From: Octopus sinensis
Taxonomy: Eukaryota
NCBI RefSeq assembly: GCF_006345805.1
Contig: NC_043024.1
Span: 18,042,001 to 18,106,000, forward strand
Reading direction: 5' to 3'
DNA: 64,000 nucleotides
This document shows positions 1 through 12,970 of the stretch, piece by piece. Within the stretch, counting starts at the first letter, position 1, and each line of letters starts with the position of its first letter. The notes below the pieces were generated by a model that worked only from the letters and a program-made list of their open reading frames with translations, did no database searches and was not told the origin of the DNA. Position numbers and translations under genes: made by a program.

Positions 1-819
1 TGTAAGAGCTGTCTAAGTCAGCTTAAATATTCTTTCCTTATTGTTTGGTCTTTCCATTAAAGTCAAAATTCAATTCTATTATATAATACTGAAAAAAAAA
101 ACAAAATCAAAAACATTCAATAATGGAAACGTTAGTTTTTGGTCTGTTTGACTTCCTGAGAATGAAGATGGTCATTGTTTGAAATTTATTCTTTTAACGA
201 CAGAAAGGTGAAAACAAACACAAACTAAATATATTTTTATCCACTTTACATGTGAACAAAATGTAATCTGGTCATTGTGGGAATTGAAAATGTTGTGGAA
301 ATGTTTGTAGACAAATGGCAAGAAATCCCAGAAGACCTTCCTGTAAATTTCAGGAAACTGTTGCTTCTCTTTCGAAGACAAAAATGCCATTTCACATGCA
401 AACATTTCTATACACTTGTATTTACACACCTCTATTTATATACCTATTGTATATTTATAAACTGATATTTATACACTTTCTATACACTTATATTTATACA
501 AACGTTTAACTTTTATCTTTTACTTCTTTTAGTTATTTGACTGCAGCCATGCTGGAGCACCACCTTGAAGGGTTTTAGTCAAACAAATCATCCCCAGGAT
601 TTTTTTAAAGCATAATACTGATTTTATCAATCTATTTTGCCAGACTGTTAAGTTAAAGGAATATAAACACACCAACACCAGTTGTCAAACTGACATAAAG
701 ACACATACACACTTGTATATGTGTGTGTATATATATATATACACACACATACATACATATACATATATATATTCTTATATATACATATATATATATATTT
801 ATACAATATATATATACCA

Positions 820-1148
820 GCATGTTGCCTTACTGGCACATGTGCTGGTGGCACGTGTAAAACAACATTCAAATGCAGTCGTTGCCAGTGCTGCCAGACT
901 GGCTCCTGTGCAGGAAGCATGTAAAAACACCTTTTGAGTGTGGTCGTTGCCAGAACTGCCTGACTGGCCCTCATGCCGGTGGCACGTAAAAGCAGCCACT
1001 ACACTCTTGGAGTGGTTGACGTTAGGAAGGGCATCCATTGTAGAAACTTTGCCAGATCAGATTGAGCCTGGTGCAGCCTCTGGCTCACCAGTCCTCAGTC
1101 AAGCCGTCCAACCCATGCCAGCATGGAGAGTGGACGTTAAACGATGAT
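820..1148 (+). mobile_element. SINE-like repeat family B (GAT tail)
   Basis: Modules ggtggcacgtaaaagc...gagtggttgacgttaggaagggcatcc...ggacgttaaacgatgat recur at 3228-3535(-), 5435-6003(+), 11008-11410(-), 14560-14910(+), 16660-16912(+), 17250-17570(+), 24140-24440(-), 35930-36230(-), 40495-40975(-). Confidence 0.8.
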
Positions 1149-1199
1149 ACAAACATACATACATATATATATACAACAGGCTTCTTTCAGTTTACGTTG

Positions 1200-1535
1200 T
1201 TATGTGGTAAGAAGCTTGCTTCCCAACCACATGGTTCTAAGTTCGATCCCACTGCATGGCACTTTGGGCTAGTGTCTTCTACTATAGCCTCAGACCAACC
1301 AGTGAGTGGATTTGGTAAATGGAAACTGAAAGAAACCCATCATATATATGTGTATGTCTTTGTGTCTGTGTTCTTTCCCCTACCACTGCTTAAAAACCGG
1401 TGTTGGTGTGTTTATATCCCCATAACTGAGCAGTTCAACAAAAGAGTACTAGGCTTATAAAAAAAACACATCAATTTGTTTGACTAAAACACCCTTTGAG
1501 GTAGTGCCCCCTGACTGAAACATGTATAAGAAAGC
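1200..1535 (+). mobile_element. tRNA-derived SINE family A, degenerate copy
   Basis: Matches the intact copy at 61914-62322 (gtggtaag..gcttgctt..caaccacatggtt head, gtgagtggatttggta body). A 3' half also lies at about 525-700(-). Confidence 0.75.
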
Positions 1536-1555
1536 ATAAATGATTAAGATTTCAT

Positions 1556-1756
1556 TTAACCCCTTGGCACTTAAACCAACCCTATCCAGCCAAAATATTC
1601 TGCTAATTTTATGTTCAAACTGATTAGATTTGGCCTCTCACACCTACCCTACAATGTCATTCTAAACATAGGCGTGGGAGCGGATGTGTGGTAAGTAGCT
1701 TGCTTACGAACCACATGGTTCGTATAGACAGAATAAACTGAATGCTAAATGGTTAA
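1556..1756. mobile_element. piggyBac-like MITE
   Basis: Starts ttaacccc, ends aatgctaaatggttaa; homologous to 26261-26481. A second TTAA-bounded family follows at about 1757-2085. Confidence 0.5.
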
Positions 1757-2659
1757 TTTAGGTTCCAAACACCAGCTTCATAATGGGTAAGATATTTTAT
1801 CAAATTCTTCATTATTTCCAAAATTAATTGAAACAAAGGTGGTGCATCTCAACAGAAATATGACAACAAAAGTGTTAACCTTTTTGTTACCATATTTCTG
1901 TTGAGATGCTCTGTGTTTCTTTGAATTAATTTTAAATATAACAAAGAATTTAGTAAAATGACTTAGTTATCATTAAGCTAGTGTTAGGAACATAAATTGT
2001 GACTAAGGTTTGGTAGATTTTAATTCAGAACTTTTGAAAACAAGACATTTGTACTACAGAACCAGAGCTAGTTTCAGAAGGGTTAGACCACTTCATTCTT
2101 GAACTGCTTCCATGACTGGCATCTTTTCCTCTATTTTAGATACCAATTGTTATTCTGACCTTCCTGATTTTAGTTTATTTTCCTAAGACATACAAAACCA
2201 TCTGAAAGACGTCATAAATGACTACAATAAAATTCTTCCAAACAGCCATCAAAATAACTTGGCTCTCATATGTCACTCTATGAAACTGATCCGGCAGAGT
2301 TAACAGAAGAATATACATGACTTAAAAGTTATTTAAAACCAAAGATTGGAAATAACTTTTCCAATTTCTCTGAAGTATCATTAAACAACAGACAATCTCT
2401 AATGAATGTAAGGGAAAACCTGACCATTGTCTTGTTAAAAGTTTGATGGCATTGGCTGTGTGGTTAAGAAGGTCACTTAGCAACCATGTGACTTCAGGTT
2501 CAGTCCTGCTGCATCGTACCACAGGCAATTATCTTTTACTATAATCCTAGGAGACCAAGGCCTTGTGAGTGAATTTGCTGGAAACTATGTGGAAGCTTAT
2601 TGTAAATATATATATAGGTGCAGGCACAACTGTGTGGTAAGAAGCTTGCCACACAGGCG

Positions 2660-3075
2660 TTGAGCTGGCAGAATGCCAGCTCAGCATGCTGGGCGAAAGG
2701 CTTAGCAGTATTTCATCTGCCATTACATTCTGAATTCAAATTGTGCTGAGGTCGACTTTGCCTTTCATCCTTTTGGGGTTGATTAAATAAGTACCAGTTA
2801 TTCACTGGGGTCAATATAATCGACTTAATCAGTTTGTCTGTCCTTATTTGCCCTCTCTGTGTTTAGCCCCTTGTGGGTAGTAAAGAAATAGGTATTTCGT
2901 CTGCTGTTATGGTCTGAGTTCAAATTCCGCCGAGGTCAACTTTGCCTTTCATCTTTTCGGGGTCGATAAATTAAGTACCAGTTACACACTGGGGTCGATG
3001 TAATTGACTTAATCCCTTTATCTGTCTTTGTTTGTCCCCTCTATGTTTAGCCCCTTGTGGACAATAAAGAAATAA
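2660..3075 (+). mobile_element. SINE family C, two tandem copies
   Basis: Central gaggtcgactttgcctttcatcct..ggggtcgataaattaagtaccagtt domain occurs twice; same family as 54737-54965, 19830-20050(-), 41125-41350(-). Confidence 0.8.
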
Positions 3076-3552
3076 GAAGCTTGCTTCCCAACCACTTGGT
3101 TCCAGATTCATTCCACCGTGTGAAACTTTTTGGCAAGTGTCTTCTGCTATAGGCTCAGGCTGACCAAAACCTTGTGAGTGGATTTGGTAGAAGGAAACTG
3201 AAAGAAGCCCATTGTGTATATATATATCATCATCATCATCATCATCATTTAATGTCCATTGTCCATACTAGCATGGATTGGACGGTTTGATCAGGCTGGC
3301 ACACTGGACAGCTGCACCAGACTCCAGTCTGATTTGGCATGGTTTTCTTCAGCTGGATGCCCTTCCTAATGACAACCACTCTGGAAGAGTGTAAAGGGTG
3401 CCTTTACGTGCCACTGGCACAGGTGCCATTTGCATGACATCAGTATCTACCACAATCGTCATTCTGCTCGGCTTGATGGATCTTCTTCTCAAGCATAACA
3501 TAATGCCAAAGATCTCAGTCATTGCCTCCATGACCTAAGATATATATATGTA

Positions 3553-3613
<61 letters not shown>

Positions 3614-4190
3614 TATATGTATATATACGGATAAATTAATAAATGGATTCACATGGAGGTGTTATTCAAATCATTTCTAATTCCAGCTTCTGTTTCGAAA
3701 AAAGATTGAGATTATTCTGGAGGGAATAAAAATGATGTAAAACAATGCAATCAGGGAAAAAAAGGAACAAGCATAAATGATTTAAATAACACCTGTATTT
3801 CACTCCATTTCTTAATTTATCCATGTTATACAAAGACATTTCATTTAACTCTGGAATCTGTACCTTTATAAGTAGGCTCTAGTATCTTTGGCACTTATGC
3901 AAAGTAATTTGCCAGGCAAAGTTCTCATCAGCAGGAGTGCCAAGATTAACATATAAATACGAGGCAATACAGTGCAAGCCGCGTGCTTACATATTATAAT
4001 TTTTCAAATTCACCGTGCAAGTGCATTTTTTTTCAGCAGCAAATAAAATAATGCCGATTTGCTCCAAAAAATTAGCTAAAAAAATTATTAATATATATCA
4101 GGGTAGAAAAAATCACAAAAATTTTTACTAGCATGTAGAAAACTAGTCAATAGACTATATATAATCAATTGACTAGTTTTCTACACTAGT

Positions 4191-4488
4191 GAAGGCGTAT
4201 GGCTCAGTGGTTAGAGTGTCAAGCTTACGATCCTGAGGTTGTGAGTTTGAATCCCGGACTGGGCTACATGTTGTGTTCTTGAGCAAGACATTTTATTTCA
4301 CATTGCTCCAGTTCACTCAGCTCTAGAAATGAGTTGCGACATCACTGGTGCCAAGCCGTATTGGCCTTTGTCTTTACCTTGGATAACACTGGTGGCATAG
4401 AGTGGGGAGGCCGGTATGCATGGGCGACTACTGGTCTTCCATAAACAACTTTGTCTGGACTTTACCTCGGAGAGTAACTTTCTAGGTG
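4191..4488 (+). mobile_element. tRNA-derived SINE family D with CORE-like domain
   Basis: tRNA-like head ggcgtatggctcagtggttagag...gagtttgaatcccgg, then cttgagcaagacattttatttcacattgctccagttcactcagct. Other copies at 48449-48750, 50002-50340, 59379-59716. Confidence 0.8.
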
Positions 4489-4668
4489 GGTTTGACAAAG
4501 GGTAACTTATAAATTACTCTACACGAAACCATCATGAAACCAGGATTTTCTACACATGAATAAGTTCAGCATTGGGCTGGAACTCGACAATGTCAGCAGT
4601 CCAGAATTTGGGCTGAGTGCTTCTCTGAAAATACCTTTATACCCTGCCAGGACCTAAGTGATATATAT

Positions 4669-4704
<36 letters not shown>

Positions 4705-4897
4705 CAGGAGTAAGCATATAAATGCAAAACGAGGTGGAAAAAATAGTACTCAAATACCAGAGGTAGAGTAATATGCTTTATTGAAAAGCAGCAGAAATAT
4801 CACAAAAACTGTTAATCATTTTCATGTTCCCATTCATCAAATGAACGGGAATGTGAAACTCTGAGTAACAGTTTTTGTGATATTCCTGCTGCTTTTC

Positions 4898-4903
<6 letters not shown>
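4705..4903. mobile_element. PLE-like fold-back element with decayed hammerhead motifs
   Basis: Imperfect inverted repeat 4777-4903 between (TA)n tracts; same leader and arms as 53970-54198; contains atga-acg-ggaa-tgt-gaaac-tctga-gta-acag. Confidence 0.65.
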
Positions 4904-4934
<31 letters not shown>

Positions 4935-4935
<1 letters not shown>

Positions 4936-5371
4936 CTAATATAAGTGTAAATAATTAATTTAAAAAATTAATTATTATTACCAAGTAGTTTCAGTATGAA
5001 AATATAACCATTATCGGTAGGAACTTTTTCAAAAAGTTCTTTATATATATATAAATAAATAAAAATTTAGAAATAGCAGTCAAAAACCGCTTATTCCTAT
5101 TTACTACAAATATAGCTCCACACATAACATTTACTTGTAACTCACATATGTAAAAAGAGGGAAAAATAACGAAAAGAAACAGCAGTGCTGACGACAAGGA
5201 TATGTTCTTTATAATTCTAACCCAGAGATGCATCCACAACTGACTGATGACTGGTTGTTTTCTTTATTTTTCTTTCTGTTTACATATGTAAGTTACAAGT
5301 AAATGTTATATGTGGAGCTATATTTGTAGTAAATAGGAATAAGCGGTTTTTGACTGCTATTTCTAAATTTT
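4935..5371. repeat. Fold-back element, ~93-bp inverted arms
   Basis: 5062-5154 is the near-perfect reverse complement of 5279-5371; arm end (gcggtttttgact...taaattt) resembles the arm at 44740-44770. Confidence 0.75.
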
Positions 5372-5404
5372 CGGTATGTGGTTAAGCAACTTGTTGCTTA
5401 GCCC

Positions 5405-5443
<39 letters not shown>

Positions 5444-6013
5444 TAGGTGAACCTTTCTTTCATTGGATACTAAACTCTGCTTGTGAAGACCTGTTGAGGC
5501 AAGTAAAATCGAAATCAAATTCGATGACAGCACCGCATGACTGGTATCCATGCTAGTGGAGTGCAAAGAGCACCATCTGAGCATGATCATTGCCAGGGCT
5601 ACTGACTGGCCCTCATGCTAGTGGCTTGTAAAAAGCACCATTTGAGCGTGATTGTTACCAGCATCGCCTTACTGGCATTTGTGCCGGTGGTATATGAAAA
5701 ACAACATACAAGCTAGAGTATTGCCAGTGCCACTGGACTGGCACCTGTGCAGGTGACACGTAAAAACACCATTTGAGCATGGCCGTTGCCAGTACTGCCT
5801 GACTGGCCCTCGTGCCGGTGGCACGTAAAAGCACCCACTCCACTCTTGGAGTGGTTGGCATTAGGAAGGGCGTCCAGCTGTAGAGACTCTGCCAGATCAG
5901 ATTGGAGTCTGGTGCAGCCATCTGGCTCACCAGTCCCCAGTCAAATCATCCAACCCATGCTAGCATGGAAAGCGGACGTTAATTGATGATGATAATGATG
6001 ATGACACACACAC

Positions 6014-7148
6014 TAAGTAATCCCTTGATTATTGTGGGCATTATGTTCCAAAATCCTTGGAATAGGTGAAAATTCGCGAACTAGAAACAGTACTGTACCA
6101 TATATTTTTTTTTATTATTTTTATAATTTGTATATATTCATTTTATTATAAATGCAAAACAACACCATGGAGGAATCAACATAAGTTTAAATAATAAACT
6201 GTGTTAGGTGAACCATGAGAGGTAAAATGCGATAGGTGAACTGTGATAGGTGAACCACGATAGGTGAACCATGATAGGTGACCTGCAATAGGTGAACCAC
6301 GGTAGGTGAACCATAATAGGTGAACCATGAGAGGTGAAGTGTGATAGGTGAACTGTGATAGGTGAACCATGATAGGTGGAGTGTGATAGGTGAACTGTGA
6401 AAGGTGAACCGCGATAGGTGAACTGCAATAGGTGAACCATGAGAGGTGAAGTGCGATAGGTGAACTGTGATAGGTGAACCACAATAGGTGGAGTGCAATA
6501 GGTGAACTGTGAAAGGTGAACCGGGATAGGTGAACTGTGATAGGTGAACCATGATAGATGAACCATGAGAGGTGAAGTGCGATAGGTGAACTACGAGTGG
6601 TGAACCATGAGAGGTGAAATGCGACAGGTGAACCACAATAGGTGAACTGCAATAGGTGAACCATGAGAGGTGAAGTGCGATAGGTGAACCACGATAGGTG
6701 AACCATGATAGGTGAACCATGAGAGGTGATTTGCGATAGGTGAACCACGATAGGTGAACCATGAGAGGTGAAGTGCGATAGGTGAACTGTGATAGGTGAA
6801 CCACAATAGGTGAACCATGAGAGGTGAAATGCGATAGGTGAACTGTGATAGGTGAACCACAATAGGTGAACCATGATAGGTGGAGTGCGATAGGTGAACT
6901 GTGATAGGTGAACCATGATAGGTGAACCACGATAGGTGAACTGTGATAGGTGAAGTGTGATAGGTGAACCATGATAGGTGAAGTGCGATAGGTGAACCGT
7001 GATAGGTGAACAGCAATAAGTGAACTGCGATAAGTGAACCACGATAGGTGAACCATGATAGGTGAACCGCGATAAGTGAACCACGATGGGTGAAGTGTGA
7101 TAGGTGAACCATGATAGGTGAAGTGTGATATGGCAAAGGATTACTGTA
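6014..7148 (+). mobile_element. Tigger/pogo-like MITE carrying an expanded minisatellite
   Basis: Left end ta-agtaatcccttgattattgtggg, right end gatatggcaaaggattactgta; body 6014-6200 is homologous to the reverse complement of 30865-31110. Confidence 0.7.
6199..7130. repeat. 14-bp minisatellite, about 65 units
   Basis: Direct tandem variants gataggtgaaccat / gataggtgaactgt / gagaggtgaagtgc. Confidence 0.95.
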
Positions 7149-7149
7149 T

Positions 7150-7520
7150 ATATCTTTTATCTTTTATTTGTTTCAGTAATTAGGTTGTGGCCATGCTGGA
7201 ACACTAGCTCGAAGAATTTTTAGTCAAATGTTATATACTTTTTCTTTTTTAAGCCTGGTTCTTATTTTATCAGTTTCTTTTACCAAACCACTAAGTTACG
7301 GGGATGTAAATACATGAACACCAGTTGTCAGGCTGTGGTGGGAGACAAACACACACACATACACACAGTTTCTGTCTACCAAATCCACTCACAAGGCTTT
7401 GGTTGGCCTGAGACTATAGTAGAAAACACTTACCCAAGGTGCCACACAGTGGGACTGAACCCAGAACCATGTGGTTGGGAAGCAAGCTTCTTGCTACACA
7501 CCCATGCCTGCGCCTTCACA
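7150..7520 (-). mobile_element. SINE family A
   Basis: Reverse-complement match to family A head and tail. Further copies at 15585-15975(-), 16100-16480(+), 20295-20715(-), 48055-48435(+), 49624-49990(+), 51420-51780(-), 57880-58305(+). Confidence 0.8.
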
Positions 7521-7619
7521 TGCATTCCTACATGGAGAGAGGAAGAGAGAGAAATATAGCATCACCTCTGCAACAAATAAATGGATAATCTTTTATTACA
7601 TGCTTTGAATAATACCCTC

Positions 7620-8160
7620 CACACACACACACACATACTTATGCACATGTACACACATGCACACACACACACAGACTTACACATACATACACAGACCACA
7701 CATATACACACACTTACGCACATACACACATTTCCACACATGCACACAGACCATGCATACACACATACACACTCATGCACACACATGCATGTGCACAGAC
7801 TTACACACACCACACATACATACACACACAGACCCCTACATACATACGTATACACTCACACAGAGGCTCCACATATGCATACATACATACATGCACAGAC
7901 CACAAATACATATGCATACACACACACACAGACTACACATACACACACCACACATACATATGCATACACACACATATACACACATACAGACCCCACATAC
8001 ATATGCATACATACACACAGGCCACACACACACAGATCCCCAGATACAAATACATACACACACAGACCACACACACACACACACACACACATACACATAT
8101 ACCGCATATACATATGCATACACACACACAAACCACATATACACACACACTCACACACAC
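7620..8160. repeat. Compound (CA)/(CATA) microsatellite
   Basis: Directly visible; a similar tract lies at 22750-23285. Confidence 0.95.
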
Positions 8161-9022
8161 AGCTGACACCAATAAGAAGCCCACCTCATGCCTATTGGAT
8201 TTTTTTGCTATGATTCTGTTTTAATTGGAGAAAACAACAACCAATTAACAAATTTTGTTCTTATTTAATTATATTTACCTCTTTTTCCTGATTTTATATA
8301 TTTTTGGGTTGTTTTTTTTATCTCTGAGAGGTGTGTGGGGTCAGTAGCTGAAGCCCAGAAAGACTGATATTTTCATCAACTACATAATGACAGCTGTCAA
8401 CAACCCCTCCCCACCACCACTGCCTCCACCAGTTGTCACCACCACCACCATGTTAAAAGGGAGCCTCTACATGGACATATGACATGCTAGAAATAACAGC
8501 CAATACTCCTGTCTTGAGGAAAAAAACAAAGTACACTTTGGATAATGTTGTCCTAGATATACTAAATCTGGAAAAATATTTTTAAAAAAAGAGAGAGGTT
8601 GGTCTCATCTGGAATGTATTTGATCATTTGTCTCCCCCATCTGTGTTGACCTGGGGCTAAGCCATAAAAAAACAACAACAAAATCATTTAAAAATACATC
8701 ATCACCATAACCACCACCACTACTACCTTCAAAAGAACAGTTCCACCGTACTCCTGTTAACACTATCACCATTATGATGATAAGGCTGTCAAGCTTATAT
8801 TTTAATAATAATTTTATCTCTTGCTGCCAAAACTTCAGATTGGGATCATCAATTCTGAGTATATCTGTCTCGCTTTAACAATTAAGGTTTCTTGGGAATC
8901 AGAGTCCTGGAAATAATGGTGTGATTCTACAGAACCTTCATTGTGCAGTCAGGCAGAAACTTGAAGATTGTTATTTTCGTGAGAAACAACAAAAATGGAA
9001 CCAAAACTAAAAGCAAACAAAA

Positions 9023-9036
9023 TTATCTATCCATCC

Positions 9037-9075
<39 letters not shown>

Positions 9076-9156
9076 CATCCATCCATCCATCCATCCATCC
9101 ATCCATCCATCCATCCATCCATCCATCCATCCATCCATCCATCCATCCATCCATCC

Positions 9157-9195
<39 letters not shown>

Positions 9196-9350
9196 CATAT
9201 ATCTATCTATCTATCTATCCTTCTGTCAGCCTGTCTATCTATTTATCTATCCATGTATCTGTCTGCCTGCCACTTTCTCTCTCATTCCCTCTTTCTCTCT
9301 CTATCTATCTGTCTATCTGTTTGTCTATCTACCAACACTATTTGTCGGTA

Positions 9351-9386
<36 letters not shown>

Positions 9387-9480
9387 ATCTATCTAATTCT
9401 CTATCTATCTATTTGTCTATCTATCTATCAGTCAGTCTATCTATCCATCTATCTATATATCAATCTCTCTGTCCATCTGT
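9023..9480. repeat. (ATCT)n/(ATCC)n microsatellite
   Basis: Directly visible. Confidence 0.95.
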
Positions 9481-10029
9481 CAGCTTGCCTCTCTCTATGT
9501 AACCGGGGAATTTTTGCCAGCTGAGTGGACTGGAGCAACGTGAAATGAAGTGTTTTGCTCAAGAACACACTACATCGACGGTCCAGGAATTGAAACCACA
9601 GTCTTACAATCACGATGCTGACACCCTAACCACTAAGCCATGTGCCTCCACTATATATATATATACGCATATGCACACACACATATGTGTGTGTATGTAT
9701 ATATATGCATAAAATAGATATATACATATATATGTATAGAATACATGCATACACAAACACACAGATATACACATATGTATGTATATACAGACGTATTTGT
9801 AAGTGCCCACATACATATATGCAAAAAACATTCACATGACTGTTTTCCTTATTTTGACATCTTTGACAGTGTTAAGAGAAGAACCAAACAAAAGAGAAAA
9901 CTGCTCAAACAACAACAACACCAGCAACAGAAATAAACCAAATTTTTCTTAGTGAATTGCATGAAACAATGATAAGAGATTATCTTAAAAGTTGTGAAAC
10001 CTCTACCATTTCAATGTTTCTTTTATTGC

Positions 10030-10057
10030 AAGGAAGAGAGAGATTTAATAATAATGA

Positions 10058-10119
<62 letters not shown>

Positions 10120-10125
10120 GTAGTA

Positions 10126-10173
<48 letters not shown>

Positions 10174-10381
10174 GTAATAATAATAATGATAATAATAATA
10201 ATAATGGTAATAATAATAATAATGATAATAACAACAATAACAATGATAATAATAAAATCAATAATATTAGTAACAACTTTTTTTTATTAGCTTTTTTTTT
10301 ATTTAATAACAACAGAAATAAAGATTTTTCTAAGTTTTTGAAAAAGTTAAAATGATAATAACAATAATAATGATCGTGGTA

Positions 10382-10413
<32 letters not shown>

Positions 10414-10450
10414 GGTGGTGGTGGTGGTGGTGGTGGTGGTGGTGGTGGTG
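10030..10450. repeat. (ACT)n/(AAT)n/(GGT)n trinucleotide cluster
   Basis: Directly visible; source of the poly-N, poly-H and poly-L ORFs. Confidence 0.95.
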
Positions 10451-11448
10451 AAGAGTTTGCAATGAATCTGTTGCACGCCAGCTCGAAATAGCAATAAACA
10501 GCATGAAATAATTATAACGAAAGAAAGATTAAATTAAATTAAGTTGAAGTAGAAACTGATAGGAGATTGTATGGTAATGTGAGGTGTAGTGGGAGGAGAA
10601 GGAGAGAGAGAGTAATAGAGGGAAGAGAGAAAGGAATAGGAGTGTAAGAGAAGGGGAGAGAGTAATAGAGGGAGTAAGTGGGAGAGGAGGGGTGAGAAAA
10701 ATATGTGATAATCTGTTAGTCTTTAACTAGTTTAGTTCACTAAAGTGTGGCCATGCTGGAGCACTGATTTTATAAGGAATTTAATCATTGATATTGATTC
10801 TAGTTCTTATTTTATTGATCTCTGTTTATCAAAAAGCTAGATTAGGGTTCTGTTTCTTTTTACATAAAGGAATGAGCTACAGATTTACACTTGTGCACAC
10901 AGCCATATGTGTATGTGTATATACAGACACATGCATATACATGCATATTATATATGTGTATACATGTAATGCATGTATATAATATATATGTGTGTGTGTC
11001 TGTGTATATCATCATCATCGTTTAACATCCACTTTCCATGCTGGCATGGGTTGGACAGTTTGACTGAGGACTGGCAAGCCAGAAGGCTGCACCAGGCTCC
11101 AATCTGATCTGGCAAGAGTGTAGTGGGTGCTTTTACATGCCACTAGCATGAAGGCCAGTCAGGTGGTTCAGGCAATGACCAGGCTCAAAAGGTGTTTTTT
11201 ATGTGCTACCTGGAAGCCAGTCCAGCAGCACTGACAACGACCATGATCAAATGTTGTTTTTCACATGTCACCAGCACATGTGCCAGTAAAGCGATGCTGA
11301 TAACGATCATGCTTGAATGGTGCTTTTTACAATCCATGGCCCTGGCAACAATCACGCTTGAATGTGCTTTTAACATTCCTCTTGCACAAGTGCCAATCAG
11401 GCAGCGCTGTCATATATATTTATGTATATATACACACACAGACACATG

Positions 11449-11496
<48 letters not shown>

Positions 11497-11502
11497 ATAT
11501 AT

Positions 11503-12215
11503 TCAGTTGCAACTGTCGCAACCCAGGATCCTGTCCACTTAACCAATGATATATGACTAAATCTATCATATATTAGATAGAAGTTACTGCAACCCTAATT
11601 AATAATACAGTTGATAACAAGACCTATCTTGGATTATGTGAAGGTGAATTCTAAAATTGCTATGCCAATCACACAGCCTCCTTCCGACGTAGGGACAAAA
11701 GTAAAGCTACTAAGTTGGTTAGCTATGTATGAACTTTGAAAGATAACGAAACATTGCATGTGATTAAATGGAAAATAATTGAGAAATCCGTTCCTTATGT
11801 GAATGGATCGAATAAATGTAGACTTTGTTTGACTGGAAAAGGGCAGATCCTATTCAGAGCTAAGATCCCTAACTCTCTTTTGAACTCTAGGTCAGAAATT
11901 TTCAATGGTTATATGCATATGTATAGATGCATTTTGGAGAAATGAAAAATTCCACCTATTCCTGACTGACTTGATATGTTTCCAGTCTTTTCATTTGAGG
12001 TCTAAGGACGAAAGCTCTTTTACCTTTTTACTTTTGATTTTTGACATTTTAGTTTCTGTTTTCCATCTTCCGTTGTTTACTGTCTGCATTTTCTATATGC
12101 TGCCTTCTCGATTTCTTCATGTTTCTTCTATTATTCAATTATTTTAGTTTGTTATATGTGGTTTGTGCCTGAAGAATATGTTTGAGTTCTCAAATTTTCT
12201 ATCATGGATCAGTAC
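11503..12215 (+). mobile_element. Penelope-like element 3' fragment (GIY-YIG endonuclease pseudogene plus 3' UTR)
   Basis: Translation with in-frame stops: SCNCRNPGSCPLN..KSIIY*IEV...KTYLGLCEGEF*NCYANHTASFR...YV*TLK...IKWKIIEKSVPY..GSNKCRLCLT...LLNSRSEIF; flanked by (TA)n. Confidence 0.85.
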
Positions 12216-12217
12216 AA

Positions 12218-12248
<31 letters not shown>

Positions 12249-12902
12249 TATACACATATATATTATGTGTATGTGTGTATATATATATATATATATATGT
12301 ATGTATATGTAGGAGATATATACCTTGTCCACCACCATCACCTTGCTAATTCTTCTGTCACTGCATTCTCATCTATTCCCCTTCTTGGACATTCTACCCT
12401 CAGAGTCCATTCTAATGCCTCATCACCTCCCTAATTATCTCCCATAGTGGAACCACTCCAACCACACCATCTTTATAAAAGGTGATGTAGCTATGAACCT
12501 CCTCTAGAACATGTCACCTGTCCCTATTCACCGGTGGTGGTGGTGATGATGGTGATGATGATTGTGTGTGTGTGTGTGGAGTGAAATCGGTCGATACAGT
12601 AAGAATATGGGATTTGTTGATGCATTGTAGAGTGAACATTGTAACAATTTGTTTTCCATGCTTAAGGAGAACAAGGAGAATATTTTAGTGAACATTACAT
12701 TGGTGTTGGAGTTTTTATGCTGTTTAGTGTACATACATACATGCTTACATGCACTCACACGCCCAAAAATATATAGATATACATACATACATCAATATAT
12801 ATATATATACATATACATATCACATATATATGTACACAGATACACATATATATACATATGTACATATATATGAAATATATATGAACACATGTTTATAAGT
12901 GC

Positions 12903-12970
<68 letters not shown>

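Noticed and set aside
172-509. Non-repetitive ORFs at the window start (e.g. EMFACEMAFLSSKEKQQFPEIYRK...)
   Set aside because: No recognisable domain and no convincing acceptor on the minus strand; cannot be supported without a search.
4191-4270. tRNA-like heads (also 37016, 50002, 54737, 59379, 61914)
   Set aside because: They lack full cloverleaf pairing and continue into SINE bodies, so they are SINE heads and not tRNA genes.
6199-7130. CRISPR-like appearance of regular repeats (also 21091-21377)
   Set aside because: Units are directly tandem with no unique spacers, there are no cas genes, and the context is eukaryotic.
6176-7136. Four long ORFs (up to 302 aa, VHLSxFTY repeats)
   Set aside because: They are translations of the 14-bp minisatellite, open in several frames, with no unique sequence or splice context.
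7562-10504. His/Thr-, Cys/Val-, Ser/Ile-, Asn- and Leu-rich ORFs
   Set aside because: Pure microsatellite translations. The same applies to ORFs at 12.2-13.4, 17.6-18.2, 22.7-23.3, 29.5-31.3, 39, 43-44, 52-54.9, 57 and 60.5 kb.
11985-12200. Hammerhead-like words behind the GIY-YIG fragment (gtc-taag-gac-gaaa; ctgaagaa...) and at about 63200 (ctgatgaggaattcc)
   Set aside because: Each lacks half of the core or stem I; too degenerate to call.
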